Virus record (IMG/VR): IMGVR_UViG_2693429779_000006
Reading direction: 5' to 3' (one strand)
Source of the DNA: a virus
Lineage: Duplodnaviria; Heunggongvirae; Uroviricota; Caudoviricetes
DNA: 22,225 nucleotides
Shown in pieces: positions 1-9,960 of the stretch. The notes under the pieces are model-generated. The model had not been told where the DNA came from, ran no database searches, and saw only the letters and a program-made list of their open reading frames with translations. Each line of letters starts with the position of its first letter. Positions within the stretch are counted from its first letter, which is position 1. The translations under genes and the position numbers were made by a program.

Positions 1-17
1 ATTACAACAACCATAAA

Positions 18-39
18 AAAAGCCCCATAAGGGGCTTTT
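18..39. terminator. Likely bidirectional rho-independent terminator downstream of the gene at 56..850
   Basis: Hairpin AAAAGCCCC-ATAA-GGGGCTTTT read directly, with an A-tract on the left and a T-tract on the right, so it could terminate transcripts from either strand. Confidence 0.5.
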
Positions 40-55
40 ATATATTTCATAACAC

Positions 56-850
56 TCATAGAATAGGAGAGTAAATTTCCACCTCAGGGTAATAAGCTCT
101 AAGGTAATTTATAAGACCTTCATAAGCATTAAGAAGAGATATTTTATGTGAAATCAAATCTTGTTCTATTATCAGTGCTTTATCGGATGGTAGCTCATCA
201 TAATTGAAATGACAAAGAAGATTATGATTCGCACCACCAAACACCTGAATGTTTCTATTATCGGAAATCGGCAAATGTCCAGATATGATAAAATCAATAT
301 TTTTATACGAATCAATAAAACTTTGGAAATGACCGTGGAGTAATTTATCATTTAAAGGATAGCTCGCTGGAAAATCCCTTAAAATACTATCAAACTGATC
401 TCCAAAAATAAGAAGATTGATGTGAAAAGAATTAGGTAAAGTTTCAACTAATGAACGTACCCTCGCAAACGGTGTAAAGTGGAAGTAAGCGTTTAAAAAG
501 TCCACATCTGACTGTCTTTTTTTATCTGAAAATAATGTATTATCGGTTGCACCCTGTATATAAGCCTCATGTTCACTTTTGATTTGATGCAATTTTTCTA
601 CTGTATAAGTGAATGGATCTCTATCAACAAGAATATGATCATTTGCACAAAGCAGGATAAGATTTTCATAAGAATTGTCATTTGCTAACAGGTCATCGCC
701 CCTTGGTCCTTTTGGGCTTTTGGCTATTACATGAGCCATTTGTCCGATGTGAACCTGCTCTTTAAAAAGAGAAGTTCGGCAAATATTACATTGCCCAGCG
801 GATAGTCCATACAATTTTTTTATTGCTGCTGTAGTAATTGCATCACTCAT
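56..850 (-). CDS. HNH endonuclease-motif protein with an uncharacterised C-terminal domain of about 170 aa
   Basis: N-terminal 75 aa contain C-N-I-C, then AHVIAKSPKGPRG, then ENLILLCANDH, which fits the HNH/His-Me finger layout of zinc ligands, catalytic His and conserved Asn. AGGA sits 8 nt upstream of the ATG. The C-terminal region has no motif I recognise. Confidence 0.55.
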   Translation of the reverse strand: MSDAITTAAIKKLYGLSAGQCNICRTSLFKEQVHIGQMAHVIAKSPKGPRGDDLLANDNSYENLILLCANDHILVDRDPFTYTVEKLHQIKSEHEAYIQGATDNTLFSDKKRQSDVDFLNAYFHFTPFARVRSLVETLPNSFHINLLIFGDQFDSILRDFPASYPLNDKLLHGHFQSFIDSYKNIDFIISGHLPISDNRNIQVFGGANHNLLCHFNYDELPSDKALIIEQDLISHKISLLNAYEGLINYLRAYYPEVEIYSPIL

Positions 851-910
851 AAATCAAATCCTTAGATTGCTATTTTATTAACTCAAAACACATATTAAAG
901 GAAAAATCTT

Positions 911-1204
911 TCAGCTTCCACCAACCATAATCAATAGCACTTGCAAAAGTTGTCCTAATGGAACTTGGATCACAATAATTCCAAAAGCATCAAGTACTGG
1001 TACTATGATCCAGTTATAGAGAATGATAAGGGTTAGTACAAAACCGAGGGCATTACGCCAGTGGAATGTTACCTTTTCAATCTCTTCTTTATTCGTTTCA
1101 ATCTGCCCTTCTACATTCGTTTTCTTTACTTCCTGTTCAATAGTTTTCTTCTTAATGAAAAAATCCAATCCTGACTTCAGAAACTCAATCAATATACTAA
1201 TCAT
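911..1204 (-). CDS. Small membrane protein with a charged N-terminal half and two predicted C-terminal TM helices
   Basis: Hydrophobic stretches ALGFVLTLIILYNWIIVPVL and GIIVIQVPLGQLLQVLLIMVGG at the C-terminus. Its start overlaps the stop of the upstream gene as ATGA. Confidence 0.45.
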   Translation of the reverse strand: MISILIEFLKSGLDFFIKKKTIEQEVKKTNVEGQIETNKEEIEKVTFHWRNALGFVLTLIILYNWIIVPVLDAFGIIVIQVPLGQLLQVLLIMVGGS

Positions 1205-1512
1205 TCAATAATCCCCACGGCATATACCCAAAAATGTTTACCCTTCACAAAGAGCTTTTTACTCTCAATTAGAAATACAGGCATCTTTTCACCCTGTAAT
1301 TCCCATTCAAGTACTTCACCAACTTTGAAATCTTTCTTCTTCTCATAAATAACGTTCATATAGCTATCAATCTGATAATTACTTTTCTTAACGACCTTTT
1401 GAAATTTCTTATCAAGAAAACATTTGTTAATTGGCATACTATTACCATCTGGTGTCATGCCATTTAGCTTAATCTTGCTTATTAAATCACCATAATGTTG
1501 CTCAAAATTCAT
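1201..1512 (-). CDS. Hypothetical protein, 103 aa, lysine-rich
   Basis: ORF with ATGA overlaps to both neighbours (1509-1512 and 1201-1204), indicating translational coupling. No recognisable motif. Confidence 0.45.
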   Translation of the reverse strand: MNFEQHYGDLISKIKLNGMTPDGNSMPINKCFLDKKFQKVVKKSNYQIDSYMNVIYEKKKDFKVGEVLEWELQGEKMPVFLIESKKLFVKGKHFWVYAVGIIE

Positions 1513-2087
1513 TGTCTACTTATCCTGAATGTTCCCTGAATACCGCTCATAATTACCCTTACACCATCATTGGCTTCCTTATAGAAGTCATAGATAAGGC
1601 GACGTTGTTTCTTCTCACGTAAGCCAATTACACGTTTGGTTTTCTTCTTGGTATCTTTCTTTGCGGTATCAATTAATCGTTCTTTACCATTCTTACCCTT
1701 CACTACCTTATATCGTTCACTTAAAAGATTCTTTTTCAGTCCTGAAATGTTGCCCTGCTTAGTTAATCTTGTAGATGAAGTAGGTATAAACTTATCAATT
1801 GCCTTTGGCTGTACCAGTACTTGATAAAGGTACTTAGCCTGAATATCTTTAACCATGATGGTCGATGTAACTGAATTTCTCCCAACCTTTCTATAGAAGA
1901 AAAGGATGGAACGTTGAGTAAAGCCCACTGCCCCACGGTCAACGCTATTATTCAAATCACCCTGCATTCTTTGGGATAGTAGCTTGGAACGTTTAATTAT
2001 TTCATTCTGGAATTGATTATTTAATCTAACTCCCTGCGTTTGTATATAGTTCCTTATACTACCAATCCCATTTATTCCACTTGCCAT
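1509..2087 (-). CDS. Basic (K/R-rich) hypothetical protein; possibly the separated DNA-binding part of a GIY-YIG endonuclease
   Basis: Lies in the same reading frame as the GIY-YIG ORF upstream, separated only by a TGA at 2097-2099 and three codons. Highly basic C-terminal half. Confidence 0.45.
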   Translation of the reverse strand: MASGINGIGSIRNYIQTQGVRLNNQFQNEIIKRSKLLSQRMQGDLNNSVDRGAVGFTQRSILFFYRKVGRNSVTSTIMVKDIQAKYLYQVLVQPKAIDKFIPTSSTRLTKQGNISGLKKNLLSERYKVVKGKNGKERLIDTAKKDTKKKTKRVIGLREKKQRRLIYDFYKEANDGVRVIMSGIQGTFRISRQ

Positions 2088-2096
2088 ATATTTACC

Positions 2097-2531
2097 TCAA
2101 TTCAAGTACTCCAATAGTTCCTGTACTATTCCGAGTAGTCTTTTTTTATCCTTTGCATTTGGTGATCTAATCTTACTCATCATTGCCAGATTCAAACATT
2201 CCGGTTTAAGCATCTGATGAAGGATCAGTATTGCCTCTACAATCATTACCTCTCGCATAGTTGCGAAGCACCATAGAATCGTTTTTGAGTACTGTTCACC
2301 ATTTTCAATTTTGTTTTTAACGACATTGGAACTACTGAGGTACTCACGCCAGCCATTTTCCTTTGAAGTGGGCTTTAGCTTTCTCGCATCCTTAACCCGC
2401 TGATAGATTTGCTTAGCACCGACATAATTAGAACCATCCTCAAACTGAAAGATATAAACGAAACCAGCATATTCACCGGATAACATTTCCTCCTCGCTCC
2501 AATCATCCGAGTATTTCCATTCACTCATCAT
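2097..2531 (-). CDS. GIY-YIG nuclease domain protein
   Basis: AGFVYIFQFEDGSNYVGAKQIYQRVKDAR matches the GIY...YIG...R core, with a downstream acidic residue in MREVMIVEAIL as the candidate catalytic Glu. AGGAA sits 6 nt upstream of the ATG. Confidence 0.55.
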   Translation of the reverse strand: MMSEWKYSDDWSEEEMLSGEYAGFVYIFQFEDGSNYVGAKQIYQRVKDARKLKPTSKENGWREYLSSSNVVKNKIENGEQYSKTILWCFATMREVMIVEAILILHQMLKPECLNLAMMSKIRSPNAKDKKRLLGIVQELLEYLN

Positions 2532-2538
2532 AAATATT

Positions 2539-2557
2539 CCTATAAATTCATTATAGG
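2539..2557. promoter_or_regulatory. Perfect 7-bp inverted repeat CCTATAA-N5-TTATAGG in the 36-bp divergent region between the GIY-YIG and lysozyme starts
   Basis: Read directly. Each half supplies an AGG Shine-Dalgarno-like element for one of the two divergent genes, so it may be an operator or an mRNA structure. Confidence 0.3.
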
Positions 2558-2567
2558 TATTTAGTAA

Positions 2568-3017
2568 ATGAGCGATTTAAAAACACGATTAAAAGAATAT
2601 GAAGGTACTAAAGAGTATCAGGCAAATTTGAAGTACTTCAGAAATGGGAAATTCTATCCATATGCTGATAGTTTAGGATGTAGTACTATTGGATATGGTC
2701 ACTTAATTCAGGCGGGAGAAGATTTTAGTACTGGCATTACTGAAAGCGAAGCAGACAAGTTACTATCTCGCGATTTAGCCAAAACAATTATGCAGGTACA
2801 GACATTAGGGTTAAATCTTCCCGATGACTGGAATGATTTTATTATTATCATGACCTTCCAGTTAGGTATTGGCGGGGTGAAGAAATTCCGTAAGATGTTA
2901 GCAGCCCTGAAAGCACATGATTACCTTGAAGCAATTAAACAGGCTAAGTGTTCTCTATGGTACAGGCAGACACCAAACCGTGTGAATTCCATGATTGCAG
3001 TACTTAAAAACAAATAA
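2568..3017 (+). CDS. GH24 (T4-type) lysozyme, putative endolysin
   Basis: Catalytic-region motifs in T4-lysozyme order: E in KEYEGT, D in PYADSLG, T in CSTIGYGH. No N-terminal hydrophobic signal or SAR segment. This is the only confidently coding plus-strand gene in the window. Confidence 0.8.
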   Translation: MSDLKTRLKEYEGTKEYQANLKYFRNGKFYPYADSLGCSTIGYGHLIQAGEDFSTGITESEADKLLSRDLAKTIMQVQTLGLNLPDDWNDFIIIMTFQLGIGGVKKFRKMLAALKAHDYLEAIKQAKCSLWYRQTPNRVNSMIAVLKNK

Positions 3018-3057
3018 AGAAAAGGCATAGTACGAATGACATACTATGCCTTTTTTT
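3016..3057. terminator. Bidirectional rho-independent terminator between the convergent lysozyme and 90-aa genes
   Basis: Stem GGCATAGTA / TACTATGCC with a 9-nt loop, preceded by AAAGAAAA and followed by TTTTTTT. Confidence 0.6.
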
Positions 3058-3328
3058 ATGGTCGTTGTTTCTGCTGAAGAATTGCAATAATCCTTTCAAT
3101 CTTAACATCAAGTTCATGGATTTGTGTTTCCAGTTTACTTAGTGTATCTCTCATCTTATCCTGATCATCCTCAATACGGGAAATACTACTTTCCAGTACA
3201 GCAATGGTAGTTTCAAGAGTAGCAACGCGAGTTAATAGATCATTCGTATCCTTTGTATTATCTCTAAAGATAGTATAAAGGAATACGCATCCAGAAATAA
3301 CAAGAGCTAAAATAGCACCGATATCCAT
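3056..3328 (-). CDS. Membrane-anchored coiled-coil protein; candidate lysis accessory (holin or i-spanin-like)
   Basis: N-terminal TM helix DIGAILALVISGCVFLYTIF followed by about 65 aa of heptad-like charged sequence. Convergent with the lysozyme gene. AAGGGA upstream of the ATG. Confidence 0.4.
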   Translation of the reverse strand: MDIGAILALVISGCVFLYTIFRDNTKDTNDLLTRVATLETTIAVLESSISRIEDDQDKMRDTLSKLETQIHELDVKIERIIAILQQKQRP

Positions 3329-3340
3329 ACTGAAATCCCT

Positions 3341-3385
3341 TTGTTGTTATTGTTATTGTTATTGTTATTGTTATTGTTATTGTAT
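3341..3385. repeat. Hexanucleotide simple sequence repeat, (TTGTTA)6 with degenerate flanking copies
   Basis: Six perfect TTGTTA units at 3344..3379 read directly, between the stop of the 218-aa gene (3385-3387) and the start of the 90-aa gene (3326-3328). It is out of frame with both genes. Confidence 0.9.
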
Positions 3386-4041
3386 TAATACCCTGTAAAT
3401 GTCGCCAATGCTATCTGGATACCATTATTCCCCATTGCCTGGCGGTAGGTTTTCTGGTTCTTTGAAACGTACTGTAGACTGAATGAAGTACTGGAATTAC
3501 GCCTGATAACCAGACCAGAGTACCCAATTACTGTACCATCATCTGATATGTTCCCCGGACATTGTGACCAGCAGAACCAGGGATCAGCTACTGGAGACGT
3601 TACCGTAATGGCAGTACTGAGATCGGTAGCCGCAGGTGCTGTCAAAAATCCCCTGATACGTGGCATTGTTGCCGCTGATGCAGCAGACCAGATTAAAGTA
3701 CCTTCTTCACTGAACACATCAAGAAAACCAGATGTGGGGGTAGCCGTGTGACTACTTGTCATGAACCTGCCCATGCCAGGCTGGAACATATAGGCACCAG
3801 GGAAACACCATGCCCCGTCTTTCTGTATCTGGAACCAGTACTGTGTTGTGTTCCTGTTAGCTACTACTGATGGCATAACGAAACCGAGCGATCCACCATT
3901 ACCGAAGGCACAGGTAAAGCCTGTGTAGTATCCCGTATCAGTTAGATTTCCCATGGCCTTTACTGCACCCGTCATTATCGACTTGTTAGTACTATCTATA
4001 GTCAGTGCACCCGCTGAATTATATACCTCGAAACCTGCCAT
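3385..4041 (-). CDS. Hypothetical protein downstream of the tail-tip gene, 218 aa
   Basis: Long ORF. N-terminus MAGFEVYNSAGALTIDSTNKSIMTG resembles the N-terminus of the adjacent 98-aa ORF. Gly/Ser/Thr-rich with several Cys and Trp. Confidence 0.5.
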   Translation of the reverse strand: MAGFEVYNSAGALTIDSTNKSIMTGAVKAMGNLTDTGYYTGFTCAFGNGGSLGFVMPSVVANRNTTQYWFQIQKDGAWCFPGAYMFQPGMGRFMTSSHTATPTSGFLDVFSEEGTLIWSAASAATMPRIRGFLTAPAATDLSTAITVTSPVADPWFCWSQCPGNISDDGTVIGYSGLVIRRNSSTSFSLQYVSKNQKTYRQAMGNNGIQIALATFTGY

Positions 4042-4042
4042 C

Positions 4043-4339
4043 TTACGCCGTCCACTTATATACGTTAAAAGTGTAGTTACCAGCTAACGGTGCATATGTT
4101 GGCAAATAAACCGCAGTAAATGACCCATTATTACAAAAGGCTGACCACTCATTAAAGGTATCACTGGCGGGGGCATAGTGTACAAACCAGCCTGTAGTTT
4201 TCATATTTGGTACTGATACAGTATAGGTCTGTGCAGAAGTAGCCTTGACAGTATAAGTACCCATAAAACGTATGTTATAATCAGTCAGATCTACTACTAA
4301 TACACCCGCTGCATTCCAACATTGTAATCCCTGTGCCAT
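4043..4339 (-). CDS. Hypothetical protein, 98 aa; short paralogue of the 218-aa neighbour
   Basis: N-terminus MAQGLQCWNAAGVLVVDLTDYNIRFMG parallels the neighbour. AGGAG sits about 8 nt upstream of the ATG. Confidence 0.5.
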   Translation of the reverse strand: MAQGLQCWNAAGVLVVDLTDYNIRFMGTYTVKATSAQTYTVSVPNMKTTGWFVHYAPASDTFNEWSAFCNNGSFTAVYLPTYAPLAGNYTFNVYKWTA

Positions 4340-4496
4340 AGCTCTTACTCCTGTAAATCCTTTTCTTCATTCCAATTGTTTCTTTTCCGCTAATACTGAA
4401 TGGGTTAGTACTGGTACTATTGAAAGTACGTTCATTAGATTTCATTTATGTATCCTTTTGAAATGAGGTTACAGTTAATAATCCCTGAATTATTTA

Positions 4497-8195
<3,699 letters not shown>

Positions 8196-8196
<1 letters not shown>

Positions 8197-8819
8197 TACT
8201 TGTATTTCCAGTTCTGATTTTGATTAACTTGACCTAACAGACTAAAGTACTCATCATTTCTATAGTAAGATTGATATACTGAGTTGGCGGCAATTAATGC
8301 AGGTTGTCTGTCTAATTTCTTATAGACAGAATTCACATATATAGTCATTTCGTTTTGCTTCTGATTTGGATCAGTTACTGCCTGTACATAGTCAATAAAC
8401 CCCGTAAACATGAGCATTGAATCAATTACAGTACTATCATATGGATTGAGAATTACTAACTTGATATTCATCTGTGCATCTTTCAAGAAACCACCAAGGG
8501 CAAGAGCACGAACCGAGGCGTTTACATTGCTAATTTTAAAATTGATAGCATCATTAGACATGCCCTTTTGTTCAGAATATGAAGGTAATGAACCACTGAT
8601 AATGTCGGGGAAACTTATGTACTTATAACCATCCAGATCTATATCAATTAGTGAATCCGTCCAGTGAAAACCATTAGTACCTTTTGGTAGTACATCAAAA
8701 CAAGTAACATTAACGCCTAAGCTCATAATTTCCATTAGTGTTAATCTTGTCTTGGTTGTACCTCTGACTAACTTCCAGTACTTAAGAAGATTAGCATTAG
8801 TATATATACCTGAGTCCAT
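8196..8819 (-). CDS. Minor tail protein (gpL position)
   Basis: Called from position within the tail module and 1-bp overlaps with both neighbours. No diagnostic motif. Confidence 0.35.
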
Positions 8820-9376
8820 TAGATGATATTCTCCGTTGCTTTCAATGTAATATTCATGATGTTCCCAATAGGCAATGAATAATCATTGTCTGGATCTAAT
8901 ACAGCCTCGATCATGAGATTGTTATATTTGAGTGCTTCACTTGCCTGTACTGTATTTTGTAGAGCAGGGAAAATAGTAATTGAAGTACTGGTACGTTCTA
9001 CGATTCGATATAGCTTATTGTGATTGGAAAACTGTACCCACTCACCCACAGCTAATGTGTTAGTACTGATAGGTACAACCATATTACCCGGTTTAGTGAG
9101 AGCAGTAGCGGTTACTGCACCAGTCTGTTTACCGTAATATGTACCTGCAAGCCCCAATGACATAGTGAAAGGTTTGCCCTGTGCATATTGAGCTAAAAAG
9201 CTATTCACTTCATTTAGTGATGCAGGATTAAAATTAAGGGTGAACTGAATTTGATAGTATTGAATTCCAGTACTTCTCATGATACGTTGACCTGTCCATG
9301 TTTGATTAGAATAGATCGGTTCAGTACTTTTAATTTGAAAGTTCGTTACTTTTATTTGATTTGAAAAGGATGCCAT
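8819..9376 (-). CDS. Minor tail protein (distal tail, gpM position)
   Basis: Position downstream of the tape measure gene. GAGGT sits 6 nt upstream of the ATG. Confidence 0.35.
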   Translation of the reverse strand: MASFSNQIKVTNFQIKSTEPIYSNQTWTGQRIMRSTGIQYYQIQFTLNFNPASLNEVNSFLAQYAQGKPFTMSLGLAGTYYGKQTGAVTATALTKPGNMVVPISTNTLAVGEWVQFSNHNKLYRIVERTSTSITIFPALQNTVQASEALKYNNLMIEAVLDPDNDYSLPIGNIMNITLKATENII

Positions 9377-9377
9377 T

Positions 9378-9950
9378 TTGTTACCTCGAATATCTTCTTT
9401 CTTTATTTATTTAAAAACCTCGATTCGTATTTTTTTTAACAGGCTTGATTGGCAGGCTGCATCCGTCATCGTTGCTATGTTGTTATTTGCAGGCCAAATA
9501 GGCTATAACGCATATGATAAATGGAAAGAAAGTTCAGATGATGTTTTTAAGATGCGTGTAATCTTATTGAGCGAAATCAACAATAACCTTTTAGCTCTTG
9601 CTACTGGTGGCGATGAGTCTCAGGTGTTAGGCACATATGAAATATGTATTCCTCTTCCAACTGAAGATACAGAAGCTATTAAAAGAGTAGCAACTGCCGT
9701 TTCTTATTTGCATGATGATGTATATTATTCCCAATTAGAAAAATTAGCATCACTCCCAAAAAAAGAAGTAGATGCCATCGTAAAGAGTTATTATTCATTA
9801 TCGAGATTACGTACTCTTTCAACACAGCTTGCATACAATATTAAATACTCACCACCTAAAGTTAAATTATTGCGGGAAGAGTATTACAATCTCTATACCC
9901 TTTCATCTTCTCTTTCACAATATTTGTCTTATCACACGGAAAATCCCTAA
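9378..9950 (+). CDS. Opposite-strand insert (moron) in the tail operon: hypothetical protein with one predicted N-proximal TM helix
   Basis: A 190-codon open frame on the plus strand fills a 584-bp region that has no minus-strand ORF, in AT-rich DNA where long open frames are unlikely by chance. The track start is TTG; the first ATG is at 9477. TM candidate AASVIVAMLLFAGQIGYNAY. Confidence 0.4.
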   Translation: MLPRISSFFIYLKTSIRIFFNRLDWQAASVIVAMLLFAGQIGYNAYDKWKESSDDVFKMRVILLSEINNNLLALATGGDESQVLGTYEICIPLPTEDTEAIKRVATAVSYLHDDVYYSQLEKLASLPKKEVDAIVKSYYSLSRLRTLSTQLAYNIKYSPPKVKLLREEYYNLYTLSSSLSQYLSYHTENP

Positions 9951-9960
9951 CTGGGCTTTC

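Noticed and set aside
1023-1824. Plus-strand ORFs 1023..1211 and 1636..1824
   Set aside because: Antisense to the tightly coupled minus-strand operon. No ribosome-binding site noticed, and hydrophobic low-complexity products.
2097-2099. TGA read as Trp (genetic code 4) to fuse the GIY-YIG and basic ORFs
   Set aside because: Trp is encoded by TGG throughout, and long ORFs up to 1100 codons avoid TGA, so the standard code applies. The TGA is a genuine stop or a mutation.
4340-4496. A 54-codon minus-strand ORF and a weak hairpin in the 157-bp gap downstream of J
   Set aside because: The ORF overlaps the start of the 98-aa gene in another frame and lacks a ribosome-binding site. The hairpin has only a 6-bp stem and no U-tract.
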